A stretch of 64,000 nucleotides of DNA, taken from the NCBI GenBank assembly GCA_951406725.2, contig OX597831.1:55800001-55864000 (forward strand). The letters are read 5' to 3'. Below are positions 38,540 through 52,620 of the stretch, in pieces. Each line of letters starts with the position of its first letter. Within the stretch, counting starts at the first letter, position 1. Source of the DNA: Octopus vulgaris (Eukaryota). The notes under the pieces were generated by a model. It saw only the letters and a program-made list of their open reading frames with translations, was not told the origin of the DNA and did not search any database. The translations under genes and the position numbers were made by a program.

Positions 38540-38812
38540 AGGTTGCGCTTTCCTGTTGCCAGGTTCAGCGTCACGTGAAAGTAGTTTACTACTGAAAAGT
38601 TTGTTCCTATAGTTATTTTTCGGAATCCCTTAATTAGTTTCTTCATCTTGGGCCTGTCAATGTTTTGAGATATGGCTAAGCCGTTAGCCCTGTAGAGGTA
38701 TAAACAGCACGTGGGCGATATTTTGCCTATCCGTTCTAGGATACATAGTCCTACAAGTTCACATGTTTCTGCTCCATCACAGAATCCCATGGTTACATCA
38801 AAAAGTTATACT
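38540..38812 (-). mobile_element. Penelope-like element reverse transcriptase remnant
   Basis: FDVTMGFCDGAETCELVGLCIL...LYRANGL (decayed YRDDGL)...ITIGTNFSVVNYFHVTLNLATG. An RKRNVIWF motif lies nearby at about 39000 on the plus strand. Confidence 0.82.
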
Positions 38813-39540
38813 TATCTCAATAACTATTTCATATTATGCATTACATCAGATTTATGAAAAACAATGTGCTGGTGGCTAAGAGAGTAGCCTCTTGAGTATT
38901 TGACCCAATTTTGTCTTTACTGTCTTCTACTGTCTATAGTAAATGCTACAAAATTTAACTGCACCCCCAGTTTAAACAGTCACCAAACAAAAGGTCCCAG
39001 GAAAAGAAATGTGATCTGGTTTCTCATGTATAAAACTTTTGAAAACATCAAATTTAACGTTCAATGCAATCCTTTTACAACTCTCCCACTTGACAATTTC
39101 TTAGAGATCATGAATAAGAGTAATACATTGTACTGTACGTGTTTCTAGTTAGATACAACCTGATGGGTGAAATGCGCACCTAGGTATCAAACCAGAAATT
39201 TTTAAGTCCTTCTGCATACGTATGATGGGAATTTGGTGCATATGTGAGTGTATGCGTGCGTGTTTGTGTGTGTGAGTATTTTGTGTGTATAGTTAGATGT
39301 ACAACTACCACTGTATGAATTAGAACTCCTCATGGATTATCATTATCTAATCAACTTCCAGTGGTTAGTCTACTACTGTACTTAGTAATGTTACTAGTTA
39401 TGACATATAGAGCATATGGAGGCGAAAATTAAGATAAACACAAGTATAAATTATTAGTTCCTACACATATACGCACATGCGCGCGCGCGTGTATGTGTGT
39501 ATACAAATACGCACTTAAAAATACTTGTTAATTTTGAAGT

Positions 39541-39598
39541 TAGAGATCTAAGATCGTTTCGACCACCGATCGTCATCAGGTACAATTATAGGTCTCTA
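39541..39598 (-). ncRNA. Hammerhead ribozyme-like motif with imperfect stem III
   Basis: Minus strand: tagaga...c-CTGATGA-c-gatc-ggt-ggtc-GAAAC-gatc-TTA-gatctcta. Confidence 0.55.
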
Positions 39599-39831
39599 TT
39601 TATAGCCTGAATTACACAAATCTATTCTGGTCAACATCAGCTATTAAGCTGGTTATAACGTAATAGCTATTAACTTAATAATTCCACCTATAATATAATT
39701 ATTTTCAATAACATTATAGGATATGTGAAAGTTTTAAACAATAAAAATGTTATACTCTACACTCCTTTTTTATGTTTAGTACTAATTATGAGAGCAATCC
39801 AGGTCGATCGAGCCATTTTCAGTGAAGTAAA

Positions 39832-40378
39832 TACGAGGTTCATTCCAGAATATTTGAGACTTTTTCAGGAGAGATATTTATGAATTTCAAAGAAGTACAA
39901 AACTCTAATCTCCTTCAAAGTAGGATCCTATGACTTCAAAGCATTTGTTGTAGCGCTCCAGCCACATTGTGAAAGCCCCATGAAAGGCCTCGAAAGTGAA
40001 AGTGTCCAGGACCTTTGTCACAGTCTCCATTTTCTCAAAAAGTCTTTAAGACGGCACCTGAGGTTTCCCTTAAGCTTAGGGAACAACCAAAAGTCACAGT
40101 GAGCCAGGTTTGGACTGCTGGGATGTTGAGGGGCTGTTTTGATGCCCGTTTTTGCGAAGTAGTTAGTTACTTGGATGGAAATGTGGCAGCGGTGTTTAGT
40201 AGGGTGTGCTCAAAATGCTGTTACAGCCGTCTCCTTCGATTTGGAATTTTAAAAAAAAGTTAGAATGTCAGGTTATTAGATGTATAGTAATAATATGCTA
40301 AAATTACAATAATCTACGACAGTTATAACTACCTTTCCTAAAACAAAGTCACACAACTTCTGGGATGCACCTTCGTTA
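39832..40378 (-). mobile_element. Internally deleted mariner element
   Basis: TA-cgaggttcattccagaa...ttctgggatgcaccttcg TIRs around decayed transposase-like sequence. Confidence 0.7.
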
Positions 40379-40399
40379 TATATATATATATATATATAT

Positions 40400-40690
40400 T
40401 ATATAAAATCCGTTCTGTGTGTGTGTGTTTTCTAGGATCTCCGGCATCCTCTATTCGATTGCGCTCAAATTTGATACGTAGATACCGACGGTATCAGGGC
40501 GTGTATAAATCTTGAAAACATTACAAAAATCAATTCCAGGTGAGAATGCGATCGATAAAGCTGTGGGAACGTGCATTTGTATGCGCAAATACATCAGCTG
40601 TTGCGATCGATACTACACGTACACGAGAAAAATGCACGTGCAGTTTGCGCAAAAAAAGCCGGCCTGTTTGGTGTCTCAAATTTAGGATAA
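40400..40690 (+). mobile_element. Helitron-like 5' region
   Basis: tatataaaatccgttctgtgtgtg... start. Similar ends on the minus strand at 46640-46786 and 47560-47730. Confidence 0.4.
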
Positions 40691-40815
40691 ATCAGTGTTT
40701 CTCAAAGGGGAGACCTATGGGACGGTCGGACAAGTTGTTTTGAGAAAATTTGGTATAAATGTTTGACAACTCAGCACCGTCCATTGGACGGGGGGGGGGG
40801 GGGGGCGTTTTGCTC

Positions 40816-40866
<51 letters not shown>

Positions 40867-42244
40867 CACACACACACATATACACAGAGATAAAGACACA
40901 CACACAACACAGATACATATATAAGACAGGCTTCTTTCAGTTTCCGTCTACCAAACCCAGTCACTAATTATATACTATTTATTTATTATTTCATACTTTA
41001 TTTAGTTCTATGTAAATGTTTCATCGTATCTTTAATTTTTTCCTATATGGTATGATTTAAGTATATCATTGTTGAATTGCTACATGATGGTTCTTCTCTA
41101 ATTTATATACATATATTATGTGTGTGTGTGTGTGTGTGTCTTCTATCTTTTACTGTTTCAGTAATTAGGCTGCAACCATTCTAAAGCACCACCTTGAAGA
41201 ACTTTTAGTCGAATGAATCAACCCCAGTATGTTTTTAAAGCTTCATACTTATTCTATCCGTCTCTTTTGCCGAACTGGAGACGTACACAAACCAACACCG
41301 GTTGTCAAGCGATGATGGGAGACAAACACAAATACAGAGATAAACACACACACACACACACACACAGATGCATATATAAGACTGGCGTCTTTCAGTTTCC
41401 GTCTACCAAACCCAATCACAAAGCTTTGGTCGGCCCGAGGTGCCATGCAGTGGGATTGAACTGGTGCCATGTAGTTAGGAAATAAACTTTTTATCACACA
41501 ACCACATAAATATGTACACATACACATATGTATGTACCTATGGATGGATGGATGGACGGATGTGCGTGTGTGTGTGTGTATGTATGCACGCAAACACGTA
41601 CGCAGAAACACAAGTACACACTCACATACACACGCTTTCACACAGGCACACACATATATTTATAAATACAAAGTGAGAGAGGGAGAGAGAGAGAGAGAGG
41701 GAGAAAGACAGATAGACAGAGACAGACAGACAGACAAAGGGAGGTAGAAATCTGATAAACTAATACGATGTCTTCATCATAGGTTTGGATGATCAGCACT
41801 CACCTGAAGCTAAACAATCAACATTATAGCCACATTCCAGCAATTTTTCCTAACCTCCCTCCTTCCTTCCTTCCTTCCTTCCGTCCTTCCTTCCTTCCTC
41901 TCTTTCATTTTTTTCATTCTTTTTTTCTTTACTTAAATTATTTATTTATTGATAGACAGAGTTTGTATATTTTATATCATAGATTTCTATGTGGTATTCA
42001 CCTCGGCTAACCTTTTTGTTTCATTTTATACTAGCAATAGCATCCGGCATTGCTGGAGGGGATACATACATACATACATACATACATACATACATACATA
42101 CATACATACATACATACATACATACGTACGTACATATATTTATGAACATATACATGCACAGGCGCGCACACACAAACACACATATACACATGATGAATAC
42201 ATACACGCACACACACACATGTATATATTGTGTACTCTTCCGTT

Positions 42245-42990
42245 ATAGGTGAAATCAACAAAAATGTACTTTATCCAGTGAGAGATAAATATCATTTAAT
42301 AAACACAGGATTTAAATGCAAACTCCTATTAGTCTTATGCCTCAGAAAATACGATGGTCGGACAAGTTCGTATAGCGTGCCGTGTTTATTCAGGCAATCA
42401 TTCAGACTCAAAATATTACTTGGTTACTCTTTGGAGAAAATGTGAGGAAGAACGGGAGGAAAAATTAAAACTAAAAAATTTAATGAGAAAAAACAAAAAG
42501 TGAAACGTAGAAAGAAGGAAGATAAGATTTGCGTTCCTTTGGCCCGTTAGAATGGAAATTGATATGGTTTGTGTAATTAATTGAACAGGAAAGGTTAAAT
42601 TTTGTGATATTGCATGATTAATCCGGAGTGGGTAATGTTTTCCAGTTCAGCAGTAGAAACTTGTCCACATGCTTACATTTATGAAAATTTCAGATCTAGA
42701 ATTCATTAGGCCGGTAGATCTGAAAAGGACATGCTATCTTTCGGCTATACAGAGCCTGCACCTCCTTGACCCATTAACGTATGGCGTGAATCTTTCCCTG
42801 ATGCTCTACTTGGCAGTGTGTGCTGTATTGTTCTTCAGGTCCCAGATATGGCTAGCTAACATTGTGGCTTTCATCTACGTGTTGGAAAAAGCTGATGGTT
42901 GGCATATCGTTTTTTAAATTCAATTTCGCAAATACCAGTATACATTTTCTTCAGATCTTCTTTATTTTGGAGCACAATGGGACAGACAAA
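42245..42990 (-). mobile_element. Penelope-like element GIY-YIG endonuclease remnant plus 3' non-coding end
   Basis: YTGICEIEFKKRYANH...LASHIWDLK...PYVNGSRRCRLCIAER...NSRSEIF..CKHVDKFLL read across frameshifts. The 3' end is shared with 54935-55015. Confidence 0.8.
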
Positions 42991-43083
42991 AACAGGGATG
43001 TCACACACGCACAAAAAGATACACGCGCATACACTGAAGCACGCGCGCGCACACACGCACGCACACAAACACACACACACACA

Positions 43084-43122
<39 letters not shown>

Positions 43123-43339
43123 ACTCACACATATACACACACACACAGTTGTTCTTCGGTTCATACGGTCAGTTGTGACCGTGCAAATCGATATCGTGTA
43201 ATATTAAGGAGATATGGAAACACATGTTCATGTTGTAATCAGTAACAAAAATAAACACAATCAAAACTTAAATAAATATATACAGAAATAGAGATACAAA
43301 TGTTGTGTGTGTGTGTGTGTGTGCGCGCATAAACACGCT

Positions 43340-43355
43340 GATAGATAGATGGATT

Positions 43356-43388
<33 letters not shown>

Positions 43389-43393
43389 GTAGG

Positions 43394-43488
<95 letters not shown>

Positions 43489-43593
43489 AATAGATAGATA
43501 GATAGATAGATAGATAAAATAGATAGATAGATAGATAAAATAGATAGAAAGATAGATAGATAAATAAAATAGATAGATAGATAGATAGATAGA
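43340..43593. repeat. (ATAG)n microsatellite
   Basis: Direct reading. Confidence 0.95.
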
Positions 43594-44072
43594 TTGTGGT
43601 ATACCTATTCAATAGGCAAGCCATTTTAGGTTTTAACCTCTATTTTAAAAATAAAATAGCTTTTCCCATTGTTGCAGTATGTTTTAGACATAGAGAAAAT
43701 ATTGCGATTACTATGACTTACATTTGTTTTCTTAGTTTCTTTTGCTTTAAGAGTTGCTTGGTTTATATGAAACTCTTTCGCAGTTTTTGAAGAACCTTTT
43801 CCATTTTGAAGTTGATTTGATATTTTTATTTCTAGAGAAACTGATTTTTGGTTCGTTTTTTTTGTTTGACAATGAAAAATAATATATGTTACTTAAGTGA
43901 GAAGCCTGTCTCACTAATTTAGTCGTAAAATGAGAAAAAAAAAGATGTAAAAATACCATGACGGAATGACGATCTGGTATTTCTAAATGACATAATATAA
44001 AGTGGAAAATAAAAGTCAGCCAAAATCAAAACCTTGCTAAATTGAAACTTTGTAAAACGATATAAAACTGTA

Positions 44073-44410
44073 TAAATATAGAACTGCATTATCTAGTCGG
44101 TACGGAACCGACATTAGACTTCAATGGAGACATATAGAGAAACTCCATCATAAACTAGCTCGTCTTTCAAACCATCTAACTTTTTTGTGTAGATGTAGAG
44201 ACTCAAAGCTAATACCACCTGGCTTGAATATAATGACACCAGTCGAAAAATACCTTAGGAATGAGAACCCAAGTTCGAAATTTCTCCAAGACACCTGAAG
44301 AAGGCTGGAGGGTATATCAGCCGAAACGTTGTGTTAACAACAAACAAGATGAGGACAAATATCCGTCGAATGTAAATAATGTACATAATTCCTCATCTCT
44401 TAAATATAAA
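44073..44410 (+). mobile_element. PLE-derived segment: ORF N-terminus-like sequence followed by HHR
   Basis: IRLQWRHIEKLHHKLARLSNHLTFLCRCRDSKLIPPGL, then gacac-CTGAAGA-a-ggctg...cagcc-GAAAC-GTT-gtgtt at 44290-44335. Confidence 0.78.
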
Positions 44411-44467
44411 AGGGTATTTGTAAAACGAGTACTTTGTGAACCGAGGAACAACAATACGTGTGCCTCT

Positions 44468-44512
<45 letters not shown>

Positions 44513-45577
44513 TGTGTGTGTATGTGCATACGTGCGTGCGTGAGTGTGTGCATGCGTGTGTATATGTAATGTATACATAAATACATATATGAAGATAGGG
44601 CAAGTTGTTCATATAATTTAAACTTGTGTCATATTATATACATTCACTGACACCAATTTACTTCACGTATATATGCAGACAATGCACATTATTGCACTCA
44701 CTGAATGTCGCACCCCAGAAACAGCTGTAAAGAATTAGCCACATTCTCAACTCTCTTATTCGTGACGTTCGACTATAATCGTCTGGCTATCGTTAATGTT
44801 ATTATACTTTCATTAGCTGGACCGCTACATTGCCTATCGTTAACACTTATTTGACTAGACACCGTCTCCGTTCGACGTTGGCTTCGTGGTGACTGGTCCG
44901 GTCTGAGCATTTATTGCCTTTTCCCCCTTCTTTCCTTTTCGTTGTCTTTATTAGACGGGCAAAATGCGTTGAGGCATTTCGTCCATCTTTACGTTCAAAT
45001 TCCGTCGAGGTCGACTTTGTCTTTCATTCTTTTAGGGGTCGATGAAATAAGTACCAGTTACGCACTGGGGTCAATGTAATCGACTCGTCCACTCCTCGCA
45101 AAATTTGTGCTTGTAGCAGAAAGGATTATCATTTTTCTTCTAATATTTTTCACCCATTATTTGTGTGTATGTTTCCACCTTTGTGGTTGCGTTGTATTTT
45201 TATCGTTGTTTATAAAATATCAAAAGGGCAGACAGAAAAGAAAACATCCGCACACACATTCACGGACATCCCTTCACCTTCACCGTTCTATATCCTGCGA
45301 TCATTCAGCAAGGCACTTAAACAAATCACTGACAATAACATTGAGAAGTTCTAGACTCGGTCTTAGTTTATTTATTAAACGTTTTTCTGTTCTGGTATTT
45401 TGGTGCTTTGGTATTCTAAGATCGTGTGATAAAAATGGGAAGTTGGTATTTTGATAAAAAAGAAACCTCTCCACGCACTACATTCTCTGGCTAATTCTCT
45501 CTGTTTAACTAGTAAACTAAGCATCCGTAGATGGTGCATAAACATAACAAGCATATATGTATGCAAGCTTTACGTAC

Positions 45578-45968
<391 letters not shown>

Positions 45969-46150
45969 AAAATTAGAGAATGGAGAAACATACTTAAATC
46001 AATAAAACATCAACTATCAGATGATACCCAATCAATACTTTAATACACCATTACATATCAGCAAAGGCATTATACAAAATATACAGTAAGAATAAATAGA
46101 CAAAGAGATATAAGTATAAAATTTCAAATATAATATGTAATTAAATCAAA

Positions 46151-46260
46151 TCTGACAGCTGTTTCGGCAGTGAGGGCAGTCATACCTCATTTAACCTATA
46201 AGCCATAAAGGCAGGTATAAATGAGGCATTAACAAGGATGCCCCACGGCCTCTTCAGAGA
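46151..46260 (-). ncRNA. Type I hammerhead ribozyme, canonical core, long stem II
   Basis: Minus strand: tct-CTGAAGA-ggccgtggggca...tgccctcactgcc-GAAAC-agct-GTC-aga. It lies in an element at about 45969-46600 that ends at (TA)n. Confidence 0.85.
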
Positions 46261-46592
46261 ATTAAATTTGTTATAATTGTGAAAAAGATTATTTAACCAT
46301 ATACATATAAATATAAAAATATAAAAATGTAAAATATAAAAACTTATACATAAACTTCATAATGCTACACTTATATAATATAATACTCATTGGTACAATA
46401 ATGGAAGGTAAACAGAACAAAATAAAACAAAATATATATCAGTGTATATATTAATATTAATAAGCACCGATATTATACATATTTGGCTAATAGTTTTTAA
46501 AAAAACTAACACATAGGGAGATGATAAATAATAATTAAAACTATGGTTCAGTTCATAAAATTATAAAGCTATAAAAGTTAATAAAAATTACT

Positions 46593-46641
<49 letters not shown>

Positions 46642-46789
46642 GACGCGCGCTAATACCCAGAAGGGCTCGATATGAATCACGACTATAAGATACCCGGTTT
46701 TGGTTAAACTGCACCGCAAAATGTGGGAGTAGTTACGAATCTAAATCGTAGGAGACAGACACACAACTTCACTCTTATATAAAGATGCT

Positions 46790-47115
46790 TTTTTTTTTCA
46801 GTCATAGAGTTAGATTTATGAAGGTCTTCGGTAGAAAATCCTTCGAATTCTGACTCGCTGCTTGATATAATGAAATTCGTATCCATTTTTTGTCAGAATT
46901 ACAAATTTTGAAAACACAATAGGAACAAATTTTGGAAAAAAATCTCCCATAATTCACGGAATTAAAATTACACTTCGATTTTTGTACAAAACTGTATTTG
47001 AAGTGTTTACGAAGTATAATACGTGTTTTCACGAATGTACTAAAGAGATTTACTCTGATATTCTCATTTAAATATGAATAGGTAAATTCGGGCGGTTTGG
47101 TAACGAAAGGGTTAA
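46790..47115 (-). mobile_element. piggyBac-like 5' fragment
   Basis: TTAA-ccctttcgttacc terminus and acidic SSSESEFEGFSTEDL N-terminal-type segment. Confidence 0.65.
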
Positions 47116-48506
47116 ACGGATGCATACATTTATTAATAACTATATATAAGTGTCGTCTGTTTATACATAAACACTGTTTCATACTGCAATTATATATACA
47201 TATATCTATATATAATATTATATAATAAAATATATACAGAGTAAAATAAAAACCAATTTACCTTTTCTCACGCACACGCACACACACACACACACGCATC
47301 CTCACACACACAGACACACGCACACACACACTCACACACACGCACACACACGCACACACACACGTTAGCTTACAATTTTATTTATATATTTGCGTGTCTA
47401 TGTGTGCAAAGTAGAAGTGGGAATGTAGAGTGAAATAGTCACTCACTACAGAAAGTGAATTAGTTTCACTTTATTCGTTGCACACTCTGTGTGTGCGTTT
47501 GCGTGTGCTGTATCCCACACTAAGAGAAGCATTTGACTCATACACCACAATGTGAGTTTTCTCTAAATTTTGCTTAATTGGGGTTGAAATTTTAAAAAGT
47601 GGACCTGGCATGACCCGATGCATTCTACTCTTAAAAATGCTAGGTAAATTGTAATTGAAGAAATCCTATATTGTAGATTTCTATAACTGACAAAGGGAGG
47701 CAGATAAAATCTGCCTTTTATAATAAGAGATATATGTGTGTTGTGTATGTATGTATGTATGTATGTATGTATGTATTATATATATATGTATATGTGTCTG
47801 TATGTATGTGTTTGCATATATATGATGAAAGCAAACGCAAGAAAAACGCACTACAAAAGGGGAAGCACACACACACACACACACACATGCTCATGTATGT
47901 TTGTTTGCGTCTTTGTGTGCATATCGGTGAATGAATTGATTGTTAGCGATTAGGATGGAAGTATGCATCTACGCATGCCCATATACACACACACACTCAC
48001 ACAGCATATGTACAATGGCATGTTATCTGGATACCCAAGGTAGGCAGTGCTTTCCGCGACTAAAACAATAACTATTCCGTATTTTTTCCTCATCTTCTTA
48101 AAAAAAAATGTGGTTAATAAAATCCATAGAAATCGGTCTATAACTCAGGGAATGATTACTATTTTATACACGAAAGCCATTGCTTCTCAGGCTGAATGTG
48201 TATTCTACGGTTGACATTATTGTTACTGCATATCATGAGTTCAGCTCCAGAATGAATTTAGTCTCAAAAAAGATAGAACTTATTCGGCCTTTGTAAACTA
48301 TCATAACAGAGACAGAGAGGGGCGTAGAAGAAGGGGAAGGAGATGAAGGGAGGAAAAGAGAGACGGAAACAGAGTGGGCAAGGAGCGAGCGCGTTGTGTA
48401 CTTCTATTGCGGCACGTGCTTGCCAATAATTAATAACTAGAGATAATTTTTAGAGGTATATTTACGTTTGCATATGGAATAATAAAAATGAATTGATATA
48501 ATGTGC

Positions 48507-48548
<42 letters not shown>

Positions 48549-49314
48549 GTATAGACAACTGCACAAACAATACAAATATGGCTACCTAATTGGCGCATAT
48601 AATAGGGATATGCTGTTTGCTTAAGTTTGTATACATGTGTACGTAACCACTTCTCAATTTTTATTTTCTCTGTAGAACCGAAGATGAATGTATATAATAC
48701 GAACAACATACGTTTATATTTGTACGTGTGTGTGTGTGTGTGTGTGTTTATGTGTGTGTATATTCTTTTATCTTCTTTTATTTCTTTCAGTCATTAGACT
48801 GCGGCCATGTTGGGGCGCCACCTTGAATTTTGGTCGAACGAATCAATCCCGGTACTTATTTGATCAAGCACTTTTGCTCAGGCAATAAGTTACGATGATA
48901 TAAACACACCAACACCGGTTGTCAAGCGGGTGGGGAACACACACACACACGCACATACACACACACATGCATGTTCTATTCTATTTTTAGTTATTTGAAA
49001 TCTTCCTGTAAAGAAAAAAGCAGGTTTCAAAGAAAGATACAAAAAGATCATCATTGGAGTATAGATAATAAAAACAAATTCACATTTTGAACTTGAAAAA
49101 AGATTTTTGTATTATTACTGTTCCATTTTCACATTGTACTTGTAATGTGTGACTTGGCTGGTTGATTTCATTTTCTGGCAACCCTATCTTATTTCTTTAT
49201 TGCCCACAAGGGGCTAAACATAGAGAGAACAACCCTATCTTACCCAGATTGTCACTTAAACAATTACTCACAAAATCAAGTGTACCGATTATTGATGGTA
49301 TACATGTGAATTTG

Positions 49315-49625
49315 TGGAGGCACATGGCCTAGTGGTTAGAGCAGCGGACTCGCGGTCGAGGGATCGCGGGTTCGAATCTCAGACCGGGCGATGTGTGTGT
49401 TTATGAGTGAAACACCTAAGCTCCACGTGGCTCTGGCAGAAGGTAATGGCGAACTTCTGCTGATTCTTTCGCCACAACTTTCTCTCACTCTTTCCTCCTG
49501 CATCTTGCAGCTCACCTGCGACGGACCGGCGTCCCGTCCAGGTGGGGAACCCATACGCCAAGGAAACCGGGAAACGGTCCTTATGAGCCAGGCGTGGCTC
49601 GCGAAGGAACAAACAACAACAACAT
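49315..49625 (+). mobile_element. tRNA-derived SINE related to family C with a different 3' half and (CAA)n tail
   Basis: Same head (tggcctagtggttagagc...ggttcgaatctc), then cctgcgacggaccggcgtcccgtccagg...ggaaaccggg and aacaaacaacaacaac. Confidence 0.85.
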
Positions 49626-49877
49626 GTAAATTTATAATCCAGGTATAGCCGTTGGAGGTATTTATCCTATCTCTTTCATGTATGTGTAGGGGCTGGTGGT
49701 AGATGGATGGATGGATGTGCGTACTAGTTAGGGTTATGCAATACAGATTTAGAGGTATGAATTAAGAAATTACAGTTAGAGCAGTTCGCTGCAAATTTAT
49801 AGAAGTGGACGTTTGCACGGATTTTCATGTTTATCGTCGGTTTATGCATGTTTTGAGAGAGTGGTATATCACCGTCT

Positions 49878-50110
49878 AAGGCGACGAGCTGGCAGAAACG
49901 TTAGCACACCGGGCGAAATGCTTAGCGGTATTTCGTCTGCCGTTACGTTCTCAGTTCAAATTCCGCCGAGGTCGACTTTGCCTTTCATCTTTTCGGGGTC
50001 GATAAATTAAGTACCAGTTACGCACTGGGGTCGATATAATCGACTTAATACCTATGTCTGTCCTTGTTTGTCCCCTCTATGTTTAGCCCCTTGTGGGTTA
50101 TAAAGAAATA
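49878..50110 (+). mobile_element. SINE family B with 15 bp TSD
   Basis: TSD ggtatatcaccgtct at 49863-49877 and 50111-50125. Confidence 0.92.
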
Positions 50111-50267
50111 GGTATATCACCGTCTTGCATTGACGATATAAACGAAAACCAAAACTGTTCAGTTTCAATCTTCGGCAGAAACTTAACCAGTGCAAAATAT
50201 CGATAGAGGATGTCCAGCAGTATTGCTAAACTATGCATTAGCTATAGGAACAGACTTCAAAGCTCCT

Positions 50268-50307
<40 letters not shown>

Positions 50308-50578
50308 CAGAGCTTAACTAAGCTAGGACAGTAAATCGGCGAAATCAGCCTTTTGAGGCTTTTGGTGCACCTATTCTTAAGAACTAGTTTCAGTTGAACG
50401 AAGTATTGAGTTACTGCATTTCGGTTCCACTAAGTTGCAGATCACATATATAAATTTCCTTTCTTTTATCTCAGTGCCAGTTTCCGTTCACTCAAAAGTG
50501 ACCCAGAAGAACTTGAGTTTTATGAACATATAAATTATTCCACTAATACATTGATGTGCGCAACACTTATACACCATG

Positions 50579-50963
50579 TGGAAGCACTCCGTCGGTTACG
50601 ACGACGAAGGTTCCGGTTGATCCGAATCAACGGAACAGCCTGCTCGTGAAATTAACGTGTAAGTGGCTGAGCACTCCACAGACACGTGTACCCTTAACGT
50701 AGTTCTCGGGGATATTCAGCGTGACACAGGGAGTGACAAGGCCGGCCCTTTGAAATACAAGTACAACAGAAACAGGAAGTAAGAGTGAGAGAAAGTTGTG
50801 GTGAAAGAGTACAGCAGGGATCACCACCATCCCCTGCCGGAGCCTCGTGGAGCTTTAGGTGTTTTCGCTCAATAAACACTCACAACGCCCGGTCTGGGAA
50901 TCGAAACCGCGATCCTATGACCGCGAGTCCGCTGCCCTAACCACTGGGCCATTGCGCCTCCAC
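50579..50963 (-). mobile_element. SINE family C, full length
   Basis: Consensus match. Confidence 0.92.
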
Positions 50964-51023
50964 AACAAATTTATATATACCAATATACACAAATATGTAA
51001 GTACGCCCTTATACAAGCATGCA

Positions 51024-51236
51024 TACGAGGGAGTGTTGAAAAGTTCCTGTCTTTGAAGGTGTTGTGAAAGGCCTGCTTGGAGGCCCAGCCTTCCGAGTCC
51101 TTTTTCAGGGCTTAGAAAAATTAAAGGGCCGCTACAATAAGTGTGTGAATCTGAGAAGGAAATATGTTGAATAAAATCATAATTAAGTGATCCTCTTGTA
51201 TTTTCTTTTACCCAAACTTTTCAGTACCCCTTCGTA
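51024..51236. mobile_element. mariner-type MITE
   Basis: TA-cgagggagtgttgaaaagtt...aacttttcagtaccccttcg-TA. Confidence 0.85.
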
Positions 51237-51252
51237 CATATAAATATACAGT

Positions 51253-51845
51253 AGGTGCAGGCATGGCTGTGTGGTAAGTAGCTCACTTCCCAACCACAAG
51301 ATTCCGAGCTCCAGTCCCACTGCGTGGTACATTGGACTATTGTCATCTACTATAGCCTCGGGCCGACCAAAGCCTTATGAATGGATTTGGCAGACGGAAA
51401 CTGAAAGAAGCCCCTCGTATATATCTCTTTTACTCTTTTACTTGTTTCAGTCAGTTGACTGCGGCTATGCTGGAGCACCGCCTTTAGTCGATCAACTTGA
51501 CCCCGGGACTTATTCTTTGTAAGCCCAGTACTTATTCTATCGGTCTCTTTTGCCGAATCGCTAGGTGACGGGGACATAAACACACCAGCATCGGTTGTCA
51601 AGCAATGCTAGGGGGACAAACACAGACACACAAACATACACGCACATATATAAATATATATATATATATATATACATATATACGACAGGGTTCTTTCAGT
51701 TTCCGTCTACCAAATCCACTCACAATGCTTTAATCGGCCCGAGGCTATAGTAGAAGACACTTGGCCAAGGTGCCACGCAGTGGGACTGGACCCGGAACCA
51801 TGTGGTTGGTAAGCAAGCTACTTACCACACAGCCACTCCTGCGCC

Positions 51846-51878
<33 letters not shown>

Positions 51879-52080
51879 CTTTGTGTTTGTGTTTGTCCCC
51901 CAGCACCGCCTGATAACCTGTGTTTTTACGTCCCCGTAACCTAGCAGCTCTGCAAAAGGGATCGATAAAATAAGTACTAGGCTTTGAAAAATAAGTACCG
52001 GCATCAATTCATTCGACTAAAAATTCTTCAAGGTGGTGCCACAGCACGCCGCAGTCTAAAGGCTGAAGCAAGTAAAAGAT
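51253..52080. mobile_element. Nested family A SINEs: minus copy (51424-51846) inside the TA tract of a plus copy
   Basis: The host 5' half at 51253-51422 resumes at 51847. Confidence 0.88.
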
Positions 52081-52620
52081 TGTGTGTGTGTGTATGTGTG
52101 CGTGTGCGTGTGTGTGTTTGTATTTGTCATGGAGTGTATTTTCAAAAAGGTCTACTTGCAAAATAACTCTTAGAACAATTTGAAAAGAACTTCACTTCTA
52201 AAAGATAAAGTAAACAAATTGTGTATGATAATTCAGGAGGCCAGTTTACACCTCACTGCTTAGCTTCATGCTCGGATGCATTTCTCAGACATGGACGGTT
52301 GGTGATGACATCTATCTCTCCGTTCTGGTGTTTTGTTACTTTGATATTCTGTACGCTGGTACAGAGTCTGTTGCTTCTTGGTATAGTTAACTGTTTACTT
52401 GTACATACATACATTTTCTAACTGACACACCCACTCACACAGAAACAAACACTTATACAAATAATTATAAATATATATATATATATATATATATACTATT
52501 TTTGCATTTCCTGATATACTGCATATTAGATTAGAGTATTGAGCTGTTCGTATCTATTACATAAAAGTATAAAGAAAATTTTGTTGTGACATGTATGTAT
52601 GTATGTGCAATTTGTTTAAG

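Noticed and set aside
42355-42410. Minus-strand HHR-like trace in the PLE 3' region
   Set aside because: The core is too degenerate (CTGAATGA, no GAAA) to call, although the position is the expected one.
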